A stretch of 64,000 bases of DNA from Raja brachyura (taxonomy: Eukaryota): contig OY740804.1 of assembly GCA_963514005.1 (NCBI GenBank), forward strand, positions 2,356,001 to 2,420,000, written 5' to 3'. Below are positions 35,801-50,700 of this stretch, piece by piece. Position 1 is the first letter of the stretch; every line of letters starts with the position of its first letter. The notes under the pieces are model-generated. The model ran no database searches. It saw only the letters and a list, made by a program, of their open reading frames with translations, and had not been told where the DNA came from. Both the position numbers and the translations under genes were made by a program.

Positions 35801-38800
35801 TTAGAATTACAGCGCGGAAACAGGACCTGGGGCCCATCGAATCTGCACCGACCAGCGATCCCCGCACACTAACACCATCCTACACACACTAGGGACAATT
35901 TACATTTATAATAAGCCAATTAACCTACAAACCCGTACATCTTTGGAGCGTGGGAGGAAACCGAAGATCTCAGATAAAACATACGCAGGTCATGGGGAGA
36001 ACGTACAAACTCCGTACAGACAGCACCCGTGGTCGGGATCGAACCTAGCTCTCTGGCGCTATAGGGCAGTAGATAGGCACAAAAAGCTGGAGTAACTCAG
36101 TGGGACAGGCAGCATCTCTGGAGAGAAGGAATGGGTGACGTTTTGGGTTGAAACCTTTTGTCAGATTGACCTGAAACGTCACCCATTCCTTCTCTCCAGA
36201 GATGCTGCCTGTCGCGCTGAGTTACTCCAGCTCTTTGTGTCTATCTTCGGTTTAAACCAGCATCTGCAGTCCTTCCTACTCGCTGTAAGGCAGTAGCTCT
36301 ACCTCTGCGCCACTGTGCTGCTGCCCTGTTCCCAAACCATGCTGTGATGCATCCCGATCAAACGCTTCAACGTTGAGTGAGTGGAATAGTGAAAGGCTCG
36401 GATAGCTTGGATGTGGAGAGGATGTTTCTACTAGTGGGAGAGTCCAGTGCCAGAGTGCACAGCCTCAGAATTAAAGGACGTTCTTTTCGGAAGGAGATGA
36501 GGAGGAATGTCTTTAGTCAGGGTGTGGTGAATCTGTGGAGGCCAAGTCAGTGGATACAGTATATTTGAGGCAGAGATAGATAGATTCCTGATCAGTACGG
36601 GTGTCAGGGGTTATGGGGAGAAGGCAGGAGAATGGGGTTAGGAGGGAGAGATAGATCAGCCATGATTGAATGGGGGAATAGACTTGATGGGCTGAATGGC
36701 CCAATTCTGCTCCTATCCCTTATGACGTTATGTGTGTAGGTTGGGGCTGCGCTCCAGTACCTCGTAGTAAGCCACCAGTCCTGGCTCCCGAGTGAAGAGT
36801 CCCACTTGACCGGCTCCAGTCACTGGAGCCCCCACGCTGTTGCCACTGCTGCTCAGGGTGAACGTGCGTCCGTAGGTGGGGAACCCGACGAGGAGCTTCT
36901 CTGCTGCCGCCCCTTGTTGCCGCCAATACTTCAGAGCAAAGTCCTGCAGAGATAACCGCACGCACCAACATTACTGAAGGTCAGGTTAACATATGACGAG
37001 CGGTTTGATGGCACTGGGACTCGACTCTACTGGAGTTTGGAAGGATGAGGGGGGTTGGGGGGGGGGTTCTCATTGAATAGTGAAAGGCCTGGATAGAGTG
37101 GATGTGGAGAGGATGTTTCCACTAGTGGGAGAGTCTTGGACCAGAGGTTATGCTGTAGCCTCAGAATTAAAGGACGTTCCTTTACAAAGGAGATGAGGAG
37201 GAATATATTTAGTCAGAGGGTTGTGAATCTGTGGAATTTATTGCCACAGACGGCTGTGGAGGCCAAGTCAGTGGATATTTTTAAGGCAGAGATAGATTGA
37301 TTCTTGATCAGTGCGGGTGTCGGGGGTTACGGGGAGAAGGCAGGGGAATGGGGTTGAGAGGGAAGCATAGATCAGCCATGATTGAATGGGGAAGTAGACT
37401 TGATTCTGCTCCTATCACTTATTAACGTATGACTAGCGAAAGAATCACTGCTGACACAGAGTCACGATAGAGTCATTGATACCAAACATGTAACAATTAC
37501 TTTCATAGATAGACACAAAATGCTAGAGTTACAGTGGGAGAGGCAGGATCTCCGGAGAGAAGGAATGGGTGACTTTTTGGGTCGAGACCTTTTTTCAGGC
37601 TGAGAGCTGCAATCTGAGACTCTCTCAGTCTGAGGAAGGGTCTTTTTTATTTAAATAATATTTTTATTAGAAGTGTATACATATCATAATCAAAACACAT
37701 TTTGTTTCTCAGTTACATATTGTTAATATGGGTCTGAAGAAGGGTCTCGACCCGAAACGTCGCCTATCTCCTTCGCTCCTTAGATGCTGCTGCACCCGCT
37801 GAGTTTCTCCAGCCTTTTGTGTAACCCTCGATTCTCCAGCATCTGCAGTTCCTTCTTTAACACATATTGTTAATAGATGGGGTTTCAGCTATCAAAGTAG
37901 TAAGGGTCCTCATTTATTAATTGCATATTGACTCTGCTTCTATTTGTCTATTTTATTTTTTATAGATAGGAAGAAAAGAAAGAAAAAAAAGCGATGAAAA
38001 AGAATAGAATAAGTTACCAATAATACACCTTTGCAGATGGGCTGTAGACTATAAAACGCAACTGTTCATCTAATCCTGGGTTCAAGCTTCAGCCAGGCTT
38101 CCGTGCCGGACCAATTTACCCCTTTCAAAAAGACAATAAATGGAGACCATATTCTAACAAATAATTCTTGTTCGTCAATTAAGACAAGTCTGGTTCTTTT
38201 TCAAATGTAAGGTCTCCGACATCTCCATAAATCCACATTTTAATTGTGGGGGTTGTTGGATTTTTCCAAAATTTTAATATTCATTTTTTCCCAGTTATCA
38301 TACTATAATCACGGAAGTTTCCTTGGCTTGTTGTATGTTTTAGGCTTTGTTCTGATATTCCTAATATTATTAGTTTTGAGTCGGGATCCAATTGGGTATT
38401 AACAACTTCAGGAATTATTCTAAAAATATCTGCCCAAACATTTTTGATTTTTATACAATAACAAATTACAAAAGTATGAGTCCTTAGCCCCTGAGTGTTG
38501 ACATTTATCACAGATAGGGGAAATATGTGGGAAAATTCTATTTGATTTTGTTTTAGAGTAATGCAGCCTATGTAGTACTTTAAATTGTATTAAAGAATGT
38601 CTGGCATTTAACGAGCATTGATGTATATGTTGTAGACTTTCATTCCAAATATCTTTCATTATAAGTTGGTCTGATTTATTTTCCCATGTTTGTCTATATA
38701 AAATGCCATTGACGGGGCCGCATTATCTAGAAGAGTATTATATATGTGAGAGATTAATTTATCTGTATTAGGATGTTTAGTCAAACATTCATCAAGAGTC

Positions 38801-41800
38801 TCTGGCTCTCTAGTTGTGTAATCTTGTGTATGTGATTTAACATCATCTCTAAGTTGTAGATATCTAAAAAAGTTATTTGAGTGTAGTCCATCATTCTGTT
38901 ATAACTCCTGAAATGAAAGAAAAATACTTTTCCTATAAAGATCTCCCACCGTTTTAATTCCATAATTTTTCCATTGTATAAAACCTTTATCCAACACAGA
39001 GGGTTTAAATGAAGCGTTATTTACAATTGGAAGAGAGAGTGATAAATTATCCAATTTTAAAGTCTTTTTTAATTGTTTCCAAATTCGTATACCACTATAT
39101 AGTATAGGGTTTTCACTATAGGTTTTTTTAAATTCAGTTTTGTGGGAGCTAACAGAATCGAGCCAATTTCAAAAGGCAAACAATCTTCCTTTTCCATCTT
39201 TAACCAGTCTGGTTGCTGATCCATATCTTCCAACCAGAAGTTCATATTTTTAATATTAACTGCCCAGAAGTAAAATTTAAAAATTGGTAAAGCTAATCCT
39301 CCATTCGTCTTAGATTTACATAAATGTTTTTTACTTATTCTATGGTTCATATAATCCCAAATAAACCTTGTGACAATAAAATCAATTAAAAAAAATAAAT
39401 TTGGGGGCAGATATATCGGGATTGACTGAAAGAGGTACAGTAATTGCGGGAGAAAGATTATTTTTATAGCATTAATTCTACCAAACAATGAGATAGGAAG
39501 TGTTTTCCAATACTGAATATTCTTATGTAGTTTATTAAATAAAAATGGGAAATTTAATTTAAATAAATAAGTATATTTCTTAGTCACATAAATTCCTAGG
39601 TATTTAAATTTTTCGTTAACTATTTTAAAGGTGAATTGTTGCAATGTATGTAGGTTGAGTTCCGTTATTGGCATAATTTCACTTTTGTTCCAATTAATTC
39701 GATATCCCGAAAATGAGCCAAATTTGTTATAAGATTTAACAGCTTTGGGATGCTAGTTTCTGGGTTAGTGATGAATATTAATACATCATCTGCATATAAA
39801 GACATTTTATTAACTGTATCTTTAGTATTATACCCATATATTTCTGGGTGGGCTCTAACATTTTCTGCCAATGGTTCAATAGCAAGGGCGAATAATAACG
39901 GGGATAGTGGGCATCCTTGTCTACAACCTCTAGATAAATTAAAATTAGGTGATAACATTTGATTTGTCAATATTCTAGCTGTTGGGTTAGTGTATAAAAG
40001 TTTAACCCATGTGCAGTACTTCTCGCCCAGTTGAAATTTTTCCATCACCAAAAATAAATAGGGCCATTCTACCTGATCAAATGCTTTTTCAGCGTCTAGC
40101 GAAATGACTGCTAAATCGACATTAGCTATTCTATTTGAATATATAATATTAAATAATCATCTCAGATTATAAGATAAACATTTTGGAACAAAACCTGTTT
40201 GATCAGGGTGTATTAATTTATGAATCACTAAACTTAATCTATGGGCTAGAATTTTGGTTAATATTTTCTGATCGGTGTTTAAGAGAGCAATTGCTCTATG
40301 TGAGCCTGGGTCTTCAAGATCCTTATCCGTTTTTGGTATAAGAGTTATTGTTGATTCGTTTAAAGTTTCTGTTGTGTAAAGGCATAATTATACAATGTCT
40401 GTAGACGTGGAGAAATCAGATCATACATTTTTTCCTAGAATTCAGAGCTTAGGCCGTCAGGGCCTGTGGCCTTCCCGTTTTTTAAAGATCTGATAGACTC
40501 TTCGATGTCTTTTACTGTTATTTCAGCACCTAGTAATTCCCTCTCTTTCAGATCTAAACCTGTAAGATTACATTTCTGTAAAAATGATTCCATTCTTGCA
40601 GAACGTTCTGTTGTTTTGGTGATTAAAGTTTTTGATAGTATTGTAGAAATCTGTCATTGATATCCTTGGGTAGTGTTAGTATTTCCCCCATATCTGATTT
40701 AATTTGATAAATTGTTTTTTCCCCATCCAGTTTTCGGAGTTGACGTGCTAATAGTTTTTGTGGTTTGTCACCGAATTCAAAATGTAATTGTTTAGTATGT
40801 TGATAAAGTTTTACGACTTGGTCTGAATATATTTGGTTTAACTTATATTTAAGTGCAGCAATTTTATTGTGTTTTATCATAGAGGGCACAGTCGCTATAT
40901 CTAATTGCCTTATTTCCATTTCCAGTATCTGTTGTTTAGCCCAATTCTCTTTATTATGAAAGGCTTGTGAGGAGATTAACGCTCCTCGTACAAATGCTTT
41001 AACTGTTTCCTAGAGAAGGGAGGCAGATGTTTCAGGGCGGTCCTTCAGTCTGAGGAAGGGTCATGACCCAAAACGTCACCTATCCATGTTCTCCACAGAT
41101 GCTGCCTGACCCGCTGAGTTACTCCGGCACTCTAACTATCTTCAGTGGAGAGACTGCACATTATTACAATCAAGCTGTCCACAGTGTACAGATAGAGGAT
41201 AAAGGGAATAACATGAATAAAGTCCAGTACAAGGTGCTGCCTGACCCCCTGTGTGTCTATCTTCGGTGTTGGGAAGAAGCTATTCTTGAACTTGGTGGTA
41301 AAATAGTGAACATGAAGAAGGTGTATATTATGAATCTACTCACAATGTTATAGAAAATAAATTTGCCTTTGTCAGTGGGACCCAGGAAGAGCGGGCTGTT
41401 GTGACCGGTCACCTTCTCCCAGTGTCCGTGGAAGTCAAACGTCCTCACAGAAATAAAGTCCAAGCACCTGATTAAAACAAGGTTGTTAGATTCATGGAGT
41501 CGTGCGGCACAGAAACTGGCCAATAGGCCTCAGCTCAGCCCAATGCTGACCATACTAAGAACTCATGGAATATTGAACGGTACAGCACAGGTACAGGCCC
41601 TTCAGCCCACAATGTCTGTGGCAACAAGCATTGTTTAGAAAGGAACTGCTGATTTAAACCGAAGATAGACACAAAATGCTGGAGTAACTCAGTGGGCCAG
41701 GCAGCATCTCTGGAGAGAAGGAAGGGGTGATGTTTCAGGTCGAGTCAGTCTGAAGAAGGGTGTCAACCTGAAATGTCACCCATCACCTATCCATGTTCTC

Positions 41801-44800
41801 CACAGATGCTGCCTGACCCGCTGAGTTACTCCAGCATTTTGTGTCTATCTTTAGCTTAGTTTAGTTTTTCTTCAGTTTGGAGATACACCGCGGAAACAGG
41901 CCCTTTGGCCCACCGACCAGCGATCCCCACACATTAACACTATGCTACACACACTGGGGACAAGTTACATTTATACCAAACCAATTAACCTACAAACCTG
42001 CACGTCTTTGGAGTGCGGGAGGAAACCGAAGATCTCGGAGAAAACCCACGCAGGTCACGGGGAAAACGTACTAACTCCGTACAGACAGCACCCGTAGTCG
42101 GGATCAAACCCGGGTCTCTGGCACTAAAAGCGCAGTAAGGAGCAACTCTATCGGTGCGCCACCGTGATTGGTTACAATTTATTCGGCATGCGTAATGCAA
42201 TTAATCTTTACCGAGTTGCTGTGAAGATATTTTTATTGCATGCTATCCAATCACATCAGATAATACTCTACATAGATACACCCAAACCTAACTCAAGTAC
42301 TCGTACAATTGGGTGGCAGCAGTAGAGTCGCTGCCTCACAGTGCCGGAGACCCGGGTTCGAACCTGTCCACGGGCGCTTGTCTGTACAGAGTTTGCACGT
42401 TCTCCCCGTGACCTGCGTGAGTTTTCTCCGAGATCTTTGGTTTCCTCCCACACTCTCCCACTAGTGGAAACATCCTCTCCACATCCACTCTATCCAGGCC
42501 TTTCACTATTCTGTACATTTCAATGAAGTCCCCCCTCATTCTTCTAAACTCCAGTGAGTACAGGCCCAGTGCCGTCAAAGGCCGCCATGCGTGACTCATG
42601 TGGGTACTCACTGTGAGATGGCAGAGATATTGTAGGCTTTGTCGATGACCTCCTTGTAGGCAGCGACGGCAGCGGTTAGTAGCAGTCTGCCTTTGTCCTC
42701 ATTCTGCGCCTCGTCCTCTATCGCTGCTCGCAACTCCTGCAGAACGCCAGAAGGAAACAGTGACACAGGGCGCTCAGTTCAGTTTACTGTCACGTGTACC
42801 GAGCTACTGTAAAAAGCTCTGCCTGCTAACCAGTCAGCGGAAAGACAACACATGATCACAATCGACGAAGGACACAAAAAGCTGGAGTAACTCAGCGGGA
42901 CAGGCAGCATCCCTGGAGAGAAGGAATGGGTGACGATTCAGGTCGAGGCTCTTCTTCAGAGTCGACCCGAAGTGAGTGTGTAATGGGAAGTGCACTGTGT
43001 GAGTGTGTAACGGCATAGGGCGCAATGTGAGTGTGTAACATGGACTAGTGCGCCGTGTGTGAGTGTGTAACATGAACTAGTGCGCCATGTATGAGTGTGT
43101 AACAGCAGAGTGCGCAGTGTGAGTGTGTAACGTGAACTAGTATGAGTGTGTAACGTGAACTAGTGTGCGTGTGTAACAGGTAGATTCCCGGCCCTCTCAC
43201 CTTCAGCAGGACGGTGAACCGGTTGCGATCCTCAGCCGGACTTTCTCTGAAGCTGGGATACTGCCAGTCTATGTCCAGGCCGTCGAATCCAAACTGGCGC
43301 AGGAAGGAGACGGCGGAGCGGATAAAGGTCGCACGAGTGTCCACCGTGGCCACCATGTTGGTGAATCTAACGGGAGCAGAGAGAGCACCGCGAGTAGTCA
43401 CTCTGTTTAGTTCATTGTCACGTGTACCGAGGTACAGGGAAAAGCTTTTGTTGCGTGCTATCCAGTCAGCGGAAAGACAATACATGATTACAATCAATCC
43501 ATTCATAGTGTACAGATACATGATAAGGGAATAACGTTTAGTGCAAGGTAAAGCCAGCAAAGTTCGACGGTCTCCAATGAGGTAAATGGGAGGTCAGGAC
43601 CGCTCTCTAGTTGGTGATAGGATGATACAGTTGCCTAATAACAGCTGGGAAGAAACTGTCCCTGAATCTGGAGGCGTGTATTTTCACACTTCTGTTCCTC
43701 TTGCCTGATGGGAGATGGGTGAAGAGGGAGTGGCCGGGGTGAGACTGGTCCGTGATGATGCTGCTGGCCTTGCCGAGGCAGCGTGAGGTGTAGATGGAGT
43801 CGATGGAGGAAGGGAGGTTGGTTTGTGTGTTTGTGCAGCTCAGGCAGCATCTCGGACGTTCCTTTAGGAAGGAGATGAGGAGGAATTTCTTTAATCAGAG
43901 GGTGGTGAATCTGTGGAATTCATTGCCACAGACGGCTGTGGAGGGGATTGACAGATTCTTGATTAATCCGGGTGTCAGGGGATACGGGGAGAAGGCAGGA
44001 GAATGGGGGTGAAAGGGAAAGATAGATCAGTCACAATTGAATGGTGGAATAGACTGGATGGGCCGAATGGCCTAATTCTGCTCCTTTCGCTTATGAACTT
44101 TTGATCGATTGATCGATTGATTGATTGGTTGGTTGATTGATTGATTGACACAGTGGTACCGTCTGTGTGGAGTTTGCATGTTCACCCTGTGACCACGTGG
44201 GCCTTCTCCGGGTGCTGCAGTTTCCACAATCCAAAGACGTGCGGGTTTGTAGGTTAATCGGCCCCTCTGTAAATTGCCCCTTCGTGCGCAGGGAGTGGAT
44301 GTGAAAATGGGATAACACAGAAGGAGTGTGAATGGGTGATCGATGGTCGGCGTGGACTCGATGGGCTGAAGGGCCTGTTTTCATGCTGTATCTAAACTAA
44401 TCACAGGCGTGGATAGTGAGGGACAAAGGCAGTACGTCCGGGTCTCCAACTGTTAAGACTTTACCTGGTAGTTCCAAAACTCCAGCCTCCAATGGATAGA
44501 AGGGTTTTCAGATTAGTATTCCTGTTGCAAAGAAAAAGCATAAACCATCAGTGCGAGAGAGTTCAGAAAATAGTGGCAGAAAAAGCATCTTAGTCACAGA
44601 GTCTCCAAATAAGCTCCAAACTCTAAAGATGAGGGCGTCACGGTGATGCAGAGGTAGAGTTGCTGCCTCACAGCGCCACAGACCCGGGTTCGATCCTGAC
44701 TACGGGTGCTGTGTGTGCTGCCTGACCCGCTGAGTTACTCCAGCACTCTGTGAAACGTCACCTATCCATGTTCTCCACAGATGCTGCCTGACCCGCTGAG

Positions 44801-47748
44801 TTACTCCAGCACTCTGTGAAACGTCACCTATCCATGTTCTCCACAGATGCTGCCTGACCCGCTGAGTTACTCCAGCACTCTGTGAAACGTCACCTATCCA
44901 TGTTCTCCACAGATGCTGCCTGACCCACTGAGTTACTCTGTGACCTATTGATGATATGACTTACTTGCTTTTCAGATTATTGAATTTCTTGTACATTTCC
45001 TCGTCTTCGCTCTCCAAGCTGGTGAGTTCGTGGTCTTCTGTTATGTTGGCGTAGGCGAATATCAAGTGGGTGCAGAGACAGGGGTCAATTTTATCGGGCA
45101 GGAACCTGGCGCCATCCTTCCTGTACTGAGCCCAATTAGTGTAGTAACAGACCAGCTTGTACGAGGAGACTAAAGTGTGAGAAAAATCACAATTCAGTTA
45201 CTTTGAGTAATAAATTAGTAATAATTGGGGTGGCATGGTGGCGCAGCGGTAGCGTTGTTGCCCTAAAACCCTTAGAGACCCTCGTTCGAACCCGACCACG
45301 GGTCCTGTCTGTACGGAGTTTGCACGTTCTCCCTGTGACCTGCGTGGGTTTTCTCCGGGCGCTCCGGTTTCCTCCCACAGTCCAAAGACGTACAGGTTTA
45401 CGATGGAATTGAATGCAACATCTCCAAGTTTGCGGATGACACTAAGCTGGGGGGCAGTGTTAGTTGTGAGGAGGATGCTAGGAGGCTGCAATGTGACATG
45501 GATAGGTTTGGTGAGTGGGCAAATGTTTGGCAGATGCAGTATAATGTGGATAAATGTGAGGTTATCCACTTTGGTGGCAAAAACAGGAAAGTAGACTATT
45601 ATCTGAATGGCGGCCGATTAGGAAAAGGGGAGATGCAACAAGATCTGGGTGTCATGGTACACCAGTCATTGAAAGTAGGCATGCAGGTGCAGCAGGCAGT
45701 GAAGAAAGCGAATGGTATGTTGGCATTCATAGCAAAAGGATTTGAGTACAAGAGCAGGGAGGTTCTACTGCAGTTGTACAGGGTTTTGGTGAGGCCACAC
45801 CTGGAGTATTGCGTACAGTTTTGGTCTCCTAATCTGAGGAAAGACAGAGAAGGTTCACCAGACTGATTCCTGGGATGGCAGGACTTCCATATGAAGAAAG
45901 ACTGGATAGACTCGGTTTGTACTCGCTGGAATTTAGAAGATTGAGGGGGAATCTTATAGAGACTTACAAAATTCTTAAGGGGTTGGACAGGCTAGATGCA
46001 GGAAGATTGTTCCCGATGTTGGGGAAGTCCAGAACAAGGGGTCACTGTTTAAGGATAAGAGGGAAGTCTTTTAGGACTGAGATGAGAAAATTATTTTTCA
46101 CACAGAGAGTGGTGAATCTGTGGAATTCTCTGCCACAGAGGGTAGTTGAGGCCAGTTCATTGGCTATATTTAAGAGGGAGTTAGATGTGGCCCTTGTGGC
46201 TAAAGGGATCATGGGGTATGGAGAGAAGGCAGGTACGGGATACTGAGTTGGATGATCAGCCATGATCATATTAAATGGCGGTGCAGGCTCGAAGGGCTGA
46301 ATGGCCTCTACTCCTGCACCTATTTTCGATGTTTCTATGTTTCCATATTGGCTTAGTATGTGTAAATTGTCCCTAGTGTGTGTTAATGTGTGGGGATCGC
46401 TGGTCAGCGCGGATTCGGTGGGCTGAGGGGCCTGTTTCCGTGCTGTTTCTCTAAACTAAACGCGTAATAAATGACTTTTGTTTTGTTTATCATGTTTATC
46501 CAGTCAGCGGAAAGACACTAAGTGATAACAATCGAGCCGCCCACAGTGTACGGATGCAGGACAAAGGGAATAACGTTTAGTGTGAGATAAAGCCCATAAA
46601 CGTCAGATTGAAGATGGTCTCCGGTGAGGTAATAAAATGAGTAACAAATGAAAAATAAAATGAGTAATAAATAAATAAAAGTGTGAGAAAAATCACGGCG
46701 GTTACTGGGAGTAACAAAAATGAGTCTAATAATAACAAAAGTTTGATCAAACTATAATCACCTCTGGAATACTCCATCAGTGAATGGTGTTACACGAGTC
46801 CATAAGTGATAGGAGCAGAATAAGGCCATTCGGCCCATCAAGCTACTCCACCATTCAATCATAGGTGATCTATCTCTCCCTCTCAACCCCATTCTCCTGC
46901 CTTCTCCCCATAACCCCTAACACCTGTACTAATCAAGAATCTATCAATCTCCACCTTTTCAGGGTCCCCTACCTGGTCGGAGAGGCAGCTTTTCTCCGGG
47001 CTGCAACTTCGACCCGTCCTCGCGGCCTACCAGCGGGCCTGGAGCGGCGTTTCCTGAGGAGACCGCCCAGAACCTCGGCTTCAGCAGCGGCTCAGCGCTG
47101 GAGCGCCATCGGGGAGCGGAGCGGGCGGTGCCTTGCCTGGGTCGCCGCGCTGGAGCTCCGGTTTGCTGAGACCGCAGGTGAACATCGCGGAGCTGCGGGA
47201 CTGTGGAGCGGCCGGCTGCGGGCGGCAGCGCTGAACTTTAATATCGGGAGCCTGGGATCTCTCGGCGAGATCGCCAGTTGTGGAGCTCCAGTAAGCGTGG
47301 CCTTGTCGGCTTCGGAAACCACGGACTCCAGTAGGGAAGCGGCCGTTCCAGGTGTCCCAAGCCGCAGTGAGGACTCTCCCGACGCCGGAGCAACATCACC
47401 CGGCGAGAAGGCCTAAAACATTGGGCCCCCGACTGCAGAGGCCTCAATAGGCCCGACTATGGGTGGACATGGGGATGAGACTGGACTTTGTGCCTTCCCC
47501 CACAGTGGGAACCATTGTGGGGGATGATTTTATGTTCATTGTTAATTCTTTAGTGTTGGGTCTTATCTTGGCTGCTGGAGGTGAGCGTGAACGCTGGCGT
47601 GATTGGCTGCTGCTGCCCTCTCTACAAATTGTGTATTGTTACTGTGTATGTTGTTTTTGTTTCATGCTTGTTTAATTGTAAGGTGTCATTTTTGGTTTAA
47701 TTGTAAGATGTCCTTGAGAGTCCTGAAAGGCACCCTATAAATAAAATA

Positions 47749-47779
<31 letters not shown>

Positions 47780-50700
47780 GAAAATACCAAATGACTTTGG
47801 CCTCCACAGCCTTCAGTGGCAAAGAATTCTAGAGATTCACCACCGTCTGGCTAAAGAAATGTCACCTCATCTCCTTCCTAAAGGAATGTCCTTTAATTCT
47901 GAGGCTGTGCCCTCTGGTCCTAGACTCTCCCACTAGTGGAAACATCCTCTCCACATCCACTCTATCCAGGCCTTTCACTATTCGGTAAGTTTCAATGAGG
48001 TTCCCGCTCATCCTTCAAAACTCCGGCGGGTGGTGCCGTGAGTGGCAGCTTTGCCAATAGCCTGTCCCGACTCTTTCTATTTTATTTGTATGTTTTAATG
48101 TATCTTTTTTGTTTTGTATTAGGTGGGGGGTGGGGGGTGGGGGGTGGGGGGTGGGGGGTGGGGGGTGGGGGGTGGGGGGTGGGGGGTGGGGGGTGGGGGG
48201 TGGGGGAGGTTGGGGGCAAACTCTTTTTTAAACTCTCTCCTCGACGGAGATGCAACGGAGATACGATACGTAGATTTTCCGTATCGTATCTATGTCTGCA
48301 CTGCGGCCTAACATCGTGGAGTTGGCCATCCCTTTGTTAGGGATCAACTTCTGGAGCTCCGACCGCAGACACTTGGACCGCCCCGATCACGGGAGCCTCG
48401 ATCGCCTTGATGTCGGGGATTTAATCGCCCACCGCGGGAGCTTCGCGTGAGGTCCAGTAGTGAATCTGTACCCTGACCAATAGGTTACACCACTGTGTAT
48501 GATGTGTGAAGGCGGAGAGACTTACCCACAGATCCATGTAACAAGGCCACCAAGCTCACTAAAACAGAAATAAATACACTCCTTTATTTCATATCACATA
48601 TGCGAACATTATTTTAAATGTAGACAAAAATGCTGGAGAAACTGAGTGTGTAAAACTCACCCGCTGAGTTTCTCCAGCATTTCCGTCTAGTTCGTTTTTC
48701 CCAGAATCTACAGTTCTTTATTAAACAAACATTATTTTTAATACTTGTCACAATTTGATAACAGGATGACCAGGAAATTGTCACAATTTAATAACAGGAG
48801 CAGCAAGGTTGGTCACAAACTATTTTATATTAATTAGTTTTAGGAATTTATTTGACGCAAAGCTGTATTCTAAACACGTCGAGTATTCGGCCCAACTTGT
48901 CCATGTCGACCAAGTTAGCGATCTAACAAGGCCCCATTTAAGTTCATGTTGGAGGAGCAGAATTAGGCCTCATTCTGGGCCAATCAAGGCTACTCTGCCA
49001 TTCTATCACGGCTGATCTATCTCTCCCTCTCGATCCCAATCTGGGATCCTTGATTGCCCCAATAGCCTAAAGCTGCTCCTCCAACAAGAACTTGTATAAG
49101 GAGTAAGAGTGTTGTAAAGACAAGCCTGAAGGCTTTGTGTCTCAATGCGAGGAGCATTCGTAATAAGGTGGATGAGTTGAAGGTGCAGATAGCGATTAAT
49201 GACTATGCTATAGTTGGAATCACGGAGACTTGGCTCCAGGATGACCAAGGCTGGGAGCTGAACATCCAGGGATATTCAATATTCAGGAGGGATAGACGAA
49301 AAGGAAAAGGAGGTGGGGTAGCGTTGCTGGTGAGAGAGGAGATTAATGCAATAGAAAGGAAGGACATTAGCGTGGAGGATGTGGAATCGATATGGGTAGA
49401 GCTGCGAAACTCTAAGGGGCAGAAAACGCTAGTGGGAACTGTGTACAGGCCACCTAACAGTAGTATTGGAGTTGGGGATGGCATCAAACAGGAAATTAGA
49501 AATGCGTGCAACAAGGGTAACACGGTTATAATGGGTGACTTCAATCTGCATGTAGATTGGGTGAATCAAATTGGCAGGGGTGCTGAGGAAGAGGATTTCC
49601 TGGAATGTATGCGGGATAGTTTTCTCAACCAACATGTGGAGGAACCAACGAGAGAGCAGGCTATTCTAGACTGGGTATTGAGTAATGAGGAAGGGTTAGT
49701 TAGCAGTCTTGTTGTGCGTGGCCCCTTGGGCAAGAGTGACCATAATATGGTTGAGTTCTTCATTAGGATGGAGAGTGACAAAATTAAGTCAGAAACAAGG
49801 GTTCTGAACTTGAACAAAGGTAACTTTGAAGGTATGAGATGTGAATTGGCCAAGATAGACTGGCAGGTGATTCTTAAAGGGTTGACAGTGGATGTGCAAT
49901 GGAAGGTATTTAAAGACTGCATGGATGAAGTACAAAAGTTGTTCATACCAGTTTGGCAAAAGAATAAATCGGGGAAGGTGGTGCATCCATGGATAACAAG
50001 GGAAATCAGGGATAGTATAAAAACAAAAGATGAGGCATACAAATTTGCCAGAAAAAGCAGCCTACCGGAGGACTGGGAGAAATTCAGAATGCAGCAGAGG
50101 AGGACAAAGGGCTTAATTAGGAAAGGGAAAATAGATTATGAAAGGAAACTGGCAGGGAACATAAAAACTGACTGCAAAAGTTTTTCGATATGTAAAGAGA
50201 AAGAGACTAGTTAAAACAAATGTTGGTCCCTTGCAGTCAGAAACAGGTGAATTGATCATGGGGAACAAGGACATGGCAGACCAATTGAATAACTACTTTG
50301 GTTCTGTCTTCACTAAGGAAGACATAAATAATCTGCCGGAAATAGCAGTGGAACGGGGGTCAAATAAGATGGAGGAACTGAGTGAAATCCAGGTTAGCCG
50401 GGAGGTGGTGTTGGGTAAATTGAACGGATTGAGGGCCGATAAATCCCCAGGGCCAGATAGTCTGCATCCCAGAGTACTCAAGGAGGTAGCCACAGAAATA
50501 GTGGATGCATTAGTGATAATTTTTCAAAATTCCTTAGATTCTGGAGTAGTTCCTGAGGATTGGAGGGTAGCTAATGTAACCCCACTTTTTAAAAAAGGAG
50601 GGAGAGAGAAAGCGGGGAATTACAGACCAGTTAGTCTAACATCGGTAGTGGGGAAACTGCTAGAGTCAGTTATTAAAGATGGGATAGCAGCGCATTTGGA

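Noticed and set aside
46865-47416. 183-aa GC-rich ORF
   Set aside because: Spans a repeat junction within an intronic retroposed insertion; no recognisable domain
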